A stretch of DNA of 64,000 nucleotides, taken from the sequence record NC_105512.1; one strand, written 5' to 3'. The translations under genes were made by a program, and so were the position numbers. The notes beneath the pieces are model-generated. The model ran no database searches. It was given only the letters and a program-made list of their open reading frames with translations, and had not been told where the DNA came from. How positions within the stretch are numbered: position 1 is the stretch's first letter; each line of letters starts with the position of its first letter. This DNA comes from Escherichia phage JLBYU43. Of the stretch, positions 1 to 6,521 are shown piece by piece.

Positions 1-388
1 CCAATTTTTCTACTAATAATTTAAAAGCATCTAGTACAGGTACTTCAAACCATTCTCCAGATACTATATAATCTTTAAGAAGATTATGTAATTCTTTCTC
101 TGTACGTCTTTTATCCGACGAAAATCTGAAATGGTATAGCTTGTAGTCTCTATTAGGTGAATAAGTTTGATAACTTGCTAACCTCTCATTCACATCTATA
201 GTCATACCTATTTTATACATGCCTGGCCATGCTGGATTACCAATTACATATACAAAACCTTCCGTTATAGGTATTTTATGCTCCCTTTTATACTTTAAGA
301 GATTTAAGGCTGCCATTCGATAACAGAATCTAAACTCTGAAGTTTTTAACTTACCTTCTTTACCTGAAATTTCGTTATATTTGCTCAT
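1..388 (-). pseudogene. T5orf172-domain (GIY-YIG-like) protein with two frame disruptions; 3' end lies beyond window start
   Basis: Minus-strand ATG at 386-388 gives ...EGFVYVIGNPAWPGMYKIGMTIDVNER, then stops at 152-154 and 149-151. LASYQTYSPNRDYKLYHFRF is encoded only in a second frame (180 to 121). SSDKRRTEKELHNLLKDYIVSGEWFEVPVLDAFKLLVEKL resumes in the first frame (119 to 1). Motifs YKIG.T, E..LH and GEWF fit the T5orf172 family. Confidence 0.5.
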
Positions 389-456
389 ATAAGCTCTTAT
401 GAGCTTATCATCTATAATGAAGTTATCAGGAAGGTTTAAGGCAGATAAAACTTTAT

Positions 457-610
457 TAATTAGCATAGACTTCCTTAATAGAATAAACTTTTAAGTAAGG
501 GTGATTAATACCAAATTCCGCCATCACTTCGTTTTCATCTTTACCGTAATGGGCTAGTGGATACTTCTTACGATCTTTGCTAGAACGCAGATCACTTACT
601 TTTAAACGAA
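457..610 (-). CDS. hypothetical small protein (50 aa)
   Basis: Short minus-strand ORF (MKLFRLKVSDLRSSKDRKKYPLAHYGKDENEVMAEFG...) below the ORF-track size cutoff; no homology recognised. Confidence 0.25.
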
Positions 611-644
611 ATAATTTCATTTCGAAATCCTTCTATTAAATTGG

Positions 645-719
645 AAGCGGGTGTAGGAATCGAACCTACCTCTTTCTAGCTTATGAGACTAGCGATCTCT
701 ACCAGAGATCTAACCCGCA
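645..719 (-). tRNA. tRNA with CAT anticodon (Met or Ile2)
   Basis: Minus-strand cloverleaf: T-arm GTAGG-TTCGATT-CCTAC, anticodon loop CTCATAA, D-stem GATC/GATC, CCA encoded at 642-644. Position 1-72 is a T-T mismatch. Confidence 0.6.
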
Positions 720-728
720 ATTGTTTGG

Positions 729-803
729 TCTCCGTGGGAGGATTTGAACCCCCGACCCTACCGCCCCAAACGGAACGCTCTGGCCAAACTGAGCTACACG
801 GAG
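729..803 (-). tRNA. tRNA-Pro (TGG)
   Basis: Acceptor CTCCGTG/CACGGAG, anticodon loop TTTGGGG, T-loop TTCAAAT, CCA encoded at 726-728. Confidence 0.7.
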
Positions 804-835
804 AATATTCTTTGTTAACTCACTTTATAAGATAT

Positions 836-864
836 ATTATACAGAGAATTAAGTGAAATAGCAA
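836..864 (-). promoter_or_regulatory. sigma70-type promoter (TTGCTA-17-TATAAT)
   Basis: Reverse complement reads TTGCTA, 17-nt spacer, TATAAT; directs minus-strand transcription into tRNA-Pro and the CAT tRNA. Confidence 0.55.
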
Positions 865-1121
865 ATGAATTTTTAATAAATTTACTTATTGCGTAGGCCA
901 CCTGGAGGGTTCAAGCCCCACGGCTGACAAAGAAGTTTGCGAGACTTCTCTTAAATGCCAGAATAGACCCGCCGATCTATCGGAACCTACATAATAAGTA
1001 AACTTTCGTTTACCTACACCTACCTGGTCGGGAGGATTTTCAGCGACTAGAACCGGCCGGAAACTCATCGCCTTGTTTACCCTGTAGTCCCACTATAAGT
1101 GACGCGACCTACAAAGATTTG

Positions 1122-1193
1122 GTGCGGTCGGAGGGAATCGAACCCTCAACTTCTGGTTGGCAACCAAAAATTATACCTTTTAACTACGAACGC
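1122..1193 (-). tRNA. tRNA-Gly (GCC)
   Basis: Acceptor GCGTTCG/CGACCGC with one mismatch, anticodon loop TTGCCAA, T-arm GAGGG-TTCGATT-CCCTC, CCA encoded at 1119-1121. Confidence 0.65.
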
Positions 1194-1409
1194 ATAATGA
1201 GTCAATCTAGGTAGGACTTGAACCTACTATCACTTGTGCGGATTTACGAGAACCATTCTTTCACTCGAATCGAACGAGCTTCTACCCTCGGCAAGCTGGT
1301 GTCCCCTCTCCACCACGCTAGAATGATAATTAATGCCTGCTCCTTTGAATCAAGAAGTCCACCCCGGACTTTGGGTCTTTGCAGTACATCACGCTGCTCT
1401 GATGTTTGG

Positions 1410-1483
1410 TACACCCACTAGGACTTGAACCTAGAACCCTCCGCTTAAGAGGCGGTAGCTCTAACCAATTGAGCTATGGATGT
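1410..1483 (-). tRNA. tRNA-Lys (CTT)
   Basis: Acceptor ACATCCA/TGGGTGT, D-arm GCTC-AATTGGTTA-GAGC, anticodon loop CTCTTAA, T-arm CTAGG-TTCAAGT-CCTAG, CCA encoded at 1407-1409. Confidence 0.6.
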
Positions 1484-1492
1484 ATAATTTGG

Positions 1493-1569
1493 CGGTACTA
1501 AGGGTAATCGAAACCCTACCTCTCCCGTGACAGGGGAGTACCATTACCAAGCCAGCCCCGATCGCATAA
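1493..1569 (-). tRNA. tRNA-Asp (GTC)-like element with degenerate D-arm
   Basis: Clean anticodon hairpin CTCCC-CTGTCAC-GGGAG and T-arm AGGGT-TTCGATT-ACCCT, 3' acceptor TAGTACC, discriminator G, encoded CCA. No canonical D-stem; only a weak 5' acceptor (GGGGCTG or GGTACTC) can be paired. Confidence 0.35.
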
Positions 1570-1574
1570 TTTAT

Positions 1575-1760
1575 TTACTCAGCTTTGAGTTTTTCGATAG
1601 CTTCCTCAACCTCTTTTAGAGCTTCACGACGCTCTACTTGACCTTGAAGTTCTTCAAGAAGTTCAGCTTTCAGAGCCTTAATAATATTACCACGAACCTT
1701 AATATTATTAATCATATTATCACGATCAGCTTCTAGTCGAGCAATTGCACGAGTTGTCAT
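1575..1760 (-). CDS. hypothetical small coiled-coil protein (61 aa)
   Basis: ORF-track ORF embedded between tRNAs; charged heptad-like sequence (ALKAELLEELQGQVERREALKEVEEAIEKLKAE). Confidence 0.4.
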   Translation of the reverse strand: MTTRAIARLEADRDNMINNIKVRGNIIKALKAELLEELQGQVERREALKEVEEAIEKLKAE

Positions 1761-1790
1761 ATCTATTTCCTCAGTTGTTAGTGAAATTGG

Positions 1791-1873
1791 CGGGCCGTGT
1801 AGGAGTTGAACCTACTTTATCCTTGCGGATACGGATTAACAGTCCGGCGCTTAAACCGTTCAGCCAACGACCC
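1791..1873 (-). tRNA. tRNA-Asn (GTT) with enlarged variable region
   Basis: Anticodon arm CGGACTGTTAATCCG matches the E. coli tRNA-Asn arm as recalled; acceptor GGGTCGT/ACGGCCC; T-arm GTAGG-TTCAACT-CCTAC; CCA at 1788-1790. About 15 nt (ATCCGCAAGGATAAA, itself a small hairpin) lie between anticodon stem and T-stem. Confidence 0.55.
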
Positions 1874-2029
1874 TAAATTTATATTGCTGACTAGGATTTT
1901 CACCTAGACGGAGTTAGCACCGTAGCGTGTAGCGGCATACCTCTCCAAACCGTGCCTCATCTTTCAATTACTGAGGCAGTGTTCCTACGCGTGCCTGAAC
2001 TGTTTTAACAATTCTTTCAGCAAATTGGA

Positions 2030-2102
2030 CGACCGCATGAGATTCGAACTCACATAAAAAGGATTTGCAATCCTTCGCCTAAGCCATTCAGCCAACAGTC
2101 GA
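2030..2102 (-). tRNA. tRNA-Cys (GCA)
   Basis: Acceptor CGACTGT/GCGGTCG with G-T wobbles, anticodon arm AAGGA-TTGCAAA-TCCTT, T-arm GTGAG-TTCGAAT-CTCAT, CCA at 2027-2029. Confidence 0.6.
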
Positions 2103-2285
2103 TTTATCTTGTTTTTCGAGATCTTCAAATTCTAGATTTATAGAATGTCCTATGGACCTAGCATAATAGCTATCTCCAGCATCAGTATCTCTTTCAATTT
2201 GGTACAACCTGTACGCAACGATCGTACCTCTTCTCCTTTTCAGGGAGATACTAATCCTTCTCAGTTAAAGTTGCATATTATCTGG

Positions 2286-2353
2286 CAGGGGTAAAGGTAT
2301 TCGAAACCTTTTCATGGGTTTTGGAGGCCCACTAGCAACCTATGCGTACCCCA
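2286..2353 (-). tRNA. tRNA-Trp (CCA), short D region
   Basis: Anticodon arm TGGGC-CTCCAAA-ACCCA and 3' end TACCCCTGCCA resemble the E. coli tRNA-Trp as recalled; T-arm AAGGT-TTCGAAT-ACCTT; only about 67 nt with a reduced D-arm. Confidence 0.5.
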
Positions 2354-2365
2354 ATTATTAATTGG

Positions 2366-2437
2366 CACACCCACGGAGAATTGAACTCCGATTCTCAGAT
2401 TGAAATCCTGATGTCCTAACCATTAGACGATAGGTGC
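2366..2437 (-). tRNA. tRNA-Glu (TTC)
   Basis: Acceptor GCACCTA/TGGGTGT, D-arm GTCT-AATGGTTA-GGAC, anticodon arm TCAGG-ATTTCAA-TCTGA, T-arm CGGAG-TTCAATT-CTCCG, CCA at 2363-2365. Confidence 0.65.
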
Positions 2438-2448
2438 ATTAATTTTGG

Positions 2449-2526
2449 TGGGGGATGGAGGACTCGAACCTCCGCGTGGTATACCCGGTCTACAGCCAGG
2501 CGCCGTCGCCACTGAGCCAATCCCCC
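2449..2526 (-). tRNA. tRNA-Tyr (GTA)
   Basis: Perfect acceptor GGGGGAT/ATCCCCC, anticodon arm CCTGG-CTGTAGA-CCGGG, 10-nt variable region, T-arm GGAGG-TTCGAGT-CCTCC, CCA at 2446-2448. Confidence 0.65.
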
Positions 2527-2650
2527 ATATTTGAATGAAAAGTAAGTCGGTTAAACTCAAAGTGGAATATTTCAGGAAATCCTGACTTTACCCCTAAAAG
2601 CAACTCGCTTAATTACTTCTCATTCAGATATGTTTCCAAAGTAGATAACT

Positions 2651-2679
2651 ATTATATCAAGTTTTATGGCACTGAGCAA
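2651..2679 (-). promoter_or_regulatory. sigma70-type promoter (TTGCTC-17-TATAAT)
   Basis: Reverse complement gives TTGCTC, 17 nt, TATAAT; the -35 element lies inside the left arm of the 13-bp inverted repeat. Confidence 0.45.
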
Positions 2680-2707
2680 GTCAGATTTTAAAGAACTTGC
2701 TCAGTGC
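2669..2707. repeat. perfect 13-bp inverted repeat (hairpin with 13-nt loop)
   Basis: GCACTGAGCAAGT at 2669-2681 and ACTTGCTCAGTGC at 2695-2707 are exact reverse complements; sits just downstream of the minus-strand CDS ending at 2716. Confidence 0.6.
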
Positions 2708-2715
2708 TATATCAG

Positions 2716-2991
2716 TTAATCAAATGAAGGAGTGACTTTCAAAGTGAATGGAAGTTCGAATACCTCTTCACCTTCATCAGTAACAGTGACTACTCGACCC
2801 TCTAGATTATTCATGCTGATTTCAACATCAGCCGTAGCATCAGGAGCCATACCAGCCTCAATACATTGAGCTTTGATCTCTGGAAGAAGTTCTACATTGT
2901 AGAAATAAAGCCACTCGATCTCACCTTCCCAACCACCCCAGGATTTACATACTGAGCTTTCAATACCAGTTGCTGTAACACGTTTTGACAT
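2716..2991 (-). CDS. hypothetical protein (91 aa)
   Basis: ORF-track ORF; start moved to the ATG at 2989-2991, preceded by GAGAGG RBS and the promoter at 3021-3050. Confidence 0.5.
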   Translation of the reverse strand: MSKRVTATGIESSVCKSWGGWEGEIEWLYFYNVELLPEIKAQCIEAGMAPDATADVEISMNNLEGRVVTVTDEGEEVFELPFTLKVTPSFD

Positions 2992-3020
2992 TCTGATTCC
3001 TCTCATCAATTTATATAACT

Positions 3021-3050
3021 ATTATATCAGAAATTTAAGGCAAAAGGCAA
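3021..3050 (-). promoter_or_regulatory. sigma70-type promoter (TTGCCT-18-TATAAT)
   Basis: Reverse complement: TTGCCT, TAAATTTCTGA..., TATAAT, then the conserved leader ATAAATTGATGAGAGG. Confidence 0.55.
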
Positions 3051-3080
3051 GTACATTTTTAAAAATTCTGTTTGGAGGAG

Positions 3081-3287
3081 TTAAAGACCGGATTCATCAG
3101 CCAGATCTAGACCAATAAGGGTGATTGCCATGATTGCAGCAGCCTGTTCTTTTTCACTCACATCTTTAGCAGACGCGATAATCTTTTCAAATTGTGATTT
3201 AAAATCTGCTACTTCAGCTTCTAAACCAGCTTCAGCAATAATGCCTTTCACCATAATACGCTGCGTCATAATTTCAGGATTTGCCAT
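3081..3287 (-). CDS. hypothetical protein (68 aa)
   Basis: ORF-track ORF; a 55-aa ORF (3284-3448) overlaps its start with ATG/TGA overlap. Confidence 0.45.
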   Translation of the reverse strand: MANPEIMTQRIMVKGIIAEAGLEAEVADFKSQFEKIIASAKDVSEKEQAAAIMAITLIGLDLADESGL

Positions 3288-3465
3288 TTGTTTTCTCCAG
3301 TTTCATTTTTAGTATTTTGCAAACAAAGTCAATATCTTCATCCGTGCCTAGATCTCTATCTTCAAGGGTTGCCTTGAAATTTTTTGTTAGTTCCATAAGA
3401 ATAACTTCCCTGGAACGACGTGTTGGCGGAGGTGGATGTCTATACATCTTAATTCCTTAATTTGG

Positions 3466-3537
3466 TGGGTCGGAGGAGAATCTAACTCCTACTCGTTAGC
3501 TTATGAGGCCACCGCTTTAACTTTAAGCTACCGACCC
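3466..3537 (-). tRNA. tRNA with CAT anticodon (Met, fMet or Ile2)
   Basis: Perfect acceptor GGGTCGG/CCGACCC, anticodon loop CTCATAA on an imperfect stem, T-arm AGGAG-TTAGATT-CTCCT, CCA at 3463-3465. Confidence 0.55.
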
Positions 3538-3546
3538 TATGTTTGG

Positions 3547-3632
3547 AGGAAGAAGTGGGAATCGAACCCACAAGGCTATATTTCAAACTGACAGATTAGC
3601 AATCTGCTGCAATACCGTTATGCTATTCTTCC
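3547..3632 (-). tRNA. tRNA-Ser (GCT), type II
   Basis: Perfect acceptor GGAAGAA/TTCTTCC, anticodon arm GCAGA-TTGCTAA-TCTGT, long variable arm, T-arm GTGGG-TTCGATT-CCCAC, CCA at 3544-3546. Confidence 0.6.
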
Positions 3633-3647
3633 GAATTTATAAGATAT

Positions 3648-3676
3648 ATTATATTAGAAATTTAGCTTCATAGCAA
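3648..3676 (-). promoter_or_regulatory. sigma70-type promoter (TTGCTA-17-TATAAT)
   Basis: Reverse complement: TTGCTA, 17 nt, TATAAT; overlaps the 3' end of CDS 3654-4172 and precedes the Ser and CAT tRNAs. Confidence 0.55.
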
Positions 3677-4172
3677 GAAAATTTTTCAAGTTTTCGGTAG
3701 ACATCTCATCCACATCTACAGGAGAAACAAATCCATTTAATTGTTTAGCAAATTTTTCACCTGCAGGATCATTATCCCCAACAGCTACCAATTTAAAAGG
3801 TAGTAATTTCAATTGCTTTAACAACGCTTTTCCAGGGGAAGAACCCAACATTGCTAGGGCTGGATAACCAGCATTATGTAATGCAACTGCCTTAAATACA
3901 GATTCAGCAATCAATACTACTTTTTCATCTCCATTGAGAGTTTCTAGTCCCCATACACACTGGGTAGTAGAATAAGTAAAATATTTAGCTTCAAAGGGAC
4001 ACTTACCATGACCTTTTGGAGCAGAAGGATTATAAGTTTGATAGCCCCTCAACATCCCAGAGAAATCATATAACGGGACTGTTAGCCATCCTTCCGGACT
4101 TAACCAGCAATGATATTTTTCTGTATCAAATCCCCTAGATAGAAGGTGCTGTGTTAGCTCATCAACACTCAT
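3654..4172 (-). CDS. hypothetical protein, possible Toprim-like fold (172 aa)
   Basis: ORF-track ORF with AGGAG RBS upstream; LVAVGDNDPAGEKFAKQL resembles a Toprim acidic motif. Weak assignment. Confidence 0.5.
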   Translation of the reverse strand: MSVDELTQHLLSRGFDTEKYHCWLSPEGWLTVPLYDFSGMLRGYQTYNPSAPKGHGKCPFEAKYFTYSTTQCVWGLETLNGDEKVVLIAESVFKAVALHNAGYPALAMLGSSPGKALLKQLKLLPFKLVAVGDNDPAGEKFAKQLNGFVSPVDVDEMSTENLKNFLAMKLNF

Positions 4173-4213
4173 ATTTGATCTCCTAGTTAGTTTTATAAAT
4201 ACATTATATAGAA

Positions 4214-4244
4214 AAGCCCGCGCTCTCGGAGGAAACGCGGGCTT
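4214..4244 (-). terminator. intrinsic terminator hairpin
   Basis: AAGCCCGCG/CGCGGGCTT 9-bp GC-rich stem with 13-nt loop, followed on the minus strand by TTCTAT; immediately 3' of CDS 4268-5284. Confidence 0.55.
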
Positions 4245-4267
4245 GTTTCGAAGATTACGTGTAACTA

Positions 4268-5284
4268 TTACTTATTACGCATATCCATAATCATCTGGCC
4301 ATCATAACCAGTACCTACAACAGTCTGAGGAACGCCACCCTGATATTTTTCAGCGCGTTTCATATCAACTTCCAGCTGCTTCCAACGAATCATTTCAGGA
4401 GTAATGGTACGTTGCAGAGCGGCGTTAGCTTCAGCTTCTTTCTTAGCTGCGTACAGTTTAGCATCTGCGTCACGTTCGTTAGCTACTGCCATATTTTCAC
4501 GAGCAGAACGATCAGCTTCAGCTTGCTTAACTTTCTGCTGTGCTTCTTGTTCAACACGAGCTAGTTCAGCTTTTGCAGCGTTAACTTGTTCTTCACGAAC
4601 TTTTGTGTTTTGTACCTGTTCCATGATTACCGGTGGCAGAGTAATATCCTGAAGGAATACTTGCTTAACGGTGTAACCATAAGGACGCGCGTACTCTTCT
4701 ACTTCTTGCTGAATAGCGGTTTGCAGTTGAGCCTGAATCTTAGCGTCGAACAGATCTTGTGCTTTTGGTACAGACTTACCAAACTCACGAATCGTAGACA
4801 GCATCTTCTCTTCAACGTACTTGTTCAGAGCTTGATCCTGAGTACCTGCGTTAATACGGTTAATCGGTGCCTTAGAACCATCAAACTGCAACATAACAGT
4901 CAAGTCAACAGTGGATTTAAACTTATCCTGGCTAGGAACCTGAAGTTTATCTAATTTTACAGCAATATCTTTTGTACTAAAAGTATCGAAAGATGCAAAC
5001 GGGTTTACAAGATGGAAACCAGGCAATACTGGATTAGGATCTACTTTACCCAGAAATGTTTGGGTTTTAACCGTACCATCAGAAACAATAGTATATGAAT
5101 TAAAAGCTAGAATCAAGCCTGCTAAACCAACTACAGCACCAATACCCCAACGTTTAATAGTATATGAATTAAAAGCTAGAATCAAGCCTGCTAAACCAAC
5201 TACAGCACCAATACCCCAACGTTTAATAGTACGAATTACTTTCTGCTCAGAAGTCAGTTCTTTCATATTTTTAGTATTAAACAT
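4268..5284 (-). CDS. SPFH/band-7 (HflC/prohibitin-like) membrane protein with duplicated N-terminal TM segment
   Basis: N-terminal hydrophobic helix, SPFH-like core and a long coiled-coil C-terminus rich in E/A/Q/K; AAGGAAA RBS before the ATG at 5282-5284. Confidence 0.65.
   Translation of the reverse strand: MFNTKNMKELTSEQKVIRTIKRWGIGAVVGLAGLILAFNSYTIKRWGIGAVVGLAGLILAFNSYTIVSDGTVKTQTFLGKVDPNPVLPGFHLVNPFASFDTFSTKDIAVKLDKLQVPSQDKFKSTVDLTVMLQFDGSKAPINRINAGTQDQALNKYVEEKMLSTIREFGKSVPKAQDLFDAKIQAQLQTAIQQEVEEYARPYGYTVKQVFLQDITLPPVIMEQVQNTKVREEQVNAAKAELARVEQEAQQKVKQAEADRSARENMAVANERDADAKLYAAKKEAEANAALQRTITPEMIRWKQLEVDMKRAEKYQGGVPQTVVGTGYDGQMIMDMRNK
5092..5229. repeat. perfect direct tandem duplication, 2 x 69 bp, in-frame within CDS 4268-5284
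   Basis: 5092-5160 and 5161-5229 are identical (TATATGAATTAAAAGCTAGAATCAAGCCTGCTAAACCAACTACAGCACCAATACCCCAACGTTTAATAG); encodes KRWGIGAVVGLAGLILAFNSYTI twice. Confidence 0.9.
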
Positions 5285-5321
5285 ATGTTTCCTTTGTTTT
5301 AGTTACAGTTAATAAAATTGG

Positions 5322-5393
5322 CCGAGGTGACAGGATTCGAACCTGCATAAAGGAATTTAGAAGACTCCTGCCTATCCCTTAGACTACACCCCG
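5322..5393 (-). tRNA. tRNA-Arg (TCT)
   Basis: Acceptor CGGGGTG/CACCTCG, anticodon arm GGAGT-CTTCTAA-ATTCC, T-arm GCAGG-TTCGAAT-CCTGT, CCA at 5319-5321. Confidence 0.65.
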
Positions 5394-5884
5394 TTTAGGT
5401 ATTTTTAAGAACTCTCGTAAAAGTCCTTAAAGATACCCAACGGTAGGTAGGGTCAGCCCCCTCAGATTAAGCTCTGCAGCCCTTCCGTCAGACAATATCT
5501 TCCAGTTTAAGTCAAGGTGACTTTGTGGTTATGTTCTCCGTATGTGAAGAACTCGGTTAGGCTTAGGTCATGACTCCCAGCCTACTGCTGCCGCTCAACA
5601 GGAATTATCGCGAATTACCTGTACTATTGGGCACCATTAGTGACATCTCTCATGTCAGCATTTCCCACTTTGTGGATAGCTTGAAAAACTACTCCGATAT
5701 GGAGAAAGAACTTCACTATCCTAGAAATACCTTCTAAAGTTCTTCTTTAGCCTGGACATAGTTAAATCGTAATAAAACTATTCAGCAGACTAGTTGGTTA
5801 GCCTGGAACCAACTACCGCGTGGTTTAGGCAGTGCGTAACTAACCTAGGAAGCTTTTACGTTAAAAGCATCAGTTATCCAGTTC

Positions 5885-5958
5885 TTACCGACCGTAGGAT
5901 TCGAACCTACATCTTCCACCAGTTACGGCTTGATAATACCAATTATACTAGGACGGCA
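5885..5958 (-). tRNA. tRNA-like element, anticodon arm not resolvable
   Basis: Good T-arm (GTAGG-TTCGAAT-CCTAC) and D-loop-like AATTGGTA; acceptor GCCGTCC/GGTCGGT pairs with one mismatch. No 5-bp anticodon stem could be folded. Confidence 0.3.
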
Positions 5959-5995
5959 GTGTTACTACATAAGTGATTTCCACACACCACTATTA

Positions 5996-6478
5996 CTAAC
6001 CAAAGTTAGTAAATTCTTTATGTAAGGATTCTCTTAATATCTTAGAGGCCTCGAAAGCCTCTTCCGCAGTTTTAAACCCTCTTTTACTGTAATTTTTTCC
6101 TTCATGTCTTACTTGGTATCTCCAGGAAGAGCCTTCCCAACTTACTCCTTTGTACCCAGAAGTATTATTGCATTGTTGGTTTCTATTCGCATTGTTTTGC
6201 GATCTAGAGGCGTCCCTTAGATTATTTTTCCTATTATTTCTAGGATTAGTATCCTTATGATCTACTTCTTCAGGCCTATATCCATAGTACATAATAAACA
6301 ATAAGACATGCAGTTGATAGGTGTCGCCCTGAAATCCCACATCTGGGTGTGATTTCTTATTATTGGCACAACACTCTTTCAAACCTTTCTTTGTTTTCCT
6401 ATATAGTACCCCATTATCAGGATCAGCTACAAAATATTTTTCAAGTATTTCTTTAGTAGGGTATTCTTTCCTTTTCAT
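5996..6478 (-). CDS. HNH homing endonuclease with AP2-like DNA-binding domain
   Basis: HNH motifs (HHKD.N..NN..NLR) followed by SGYKGVSWEGSSWRYQVRHEGKNYSKRGFKTAEEA; paralog of CDS 46900-47409. Confidence 0.75.
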   Translation of the reverse strand: MKRKEYPTKEILEKYFVADPDNGVLYRKTKKGLKECCANNKKSHPDVGFQGDTYQLHVLLFIMYYGYRPEEVDHKDTNPRNNRKNNLRDASRSQNNANRNQQCNNTSGYKGVSWEGSSWRYQVRHEGKNYSKRGFKTAEEAFEASKILRESLHKEFTNFG

Positions 6479-6521
6479 GAAACTATTATATCAACTTTTT
6501 CGATGTTAAGCAAATCAATTT

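Noticed and set aside
886-1068. 60-aa minus-strand ORF in the tRNA cluster
   Set aside because: No RBS, atypical composition, overlaps tRNA-like motifs; treated as non-coding.
3284-3448. 55-aa minus-strand ORF (MYRHPPPPTRRSREV...) between the CAT tRNA and CDS 3081-3287
   Set aside because: Below the size cutoff, no clear RBS, low-complexity Pro/Arg start; coding cannot be excluded but was not annotated.
4404-4954. Plus-strand ORFs 4404-4652 and 4586-4954
   Set aside because: Antisense to the SPFH gene's coiled-coil region; composition typical of antisense artefacts.
5794-5976. 60-aa plus-strand ORF
   Set aside because: Opposite to local transcription, overlaps the tRNA-like element at 5885-5958, no RBS.
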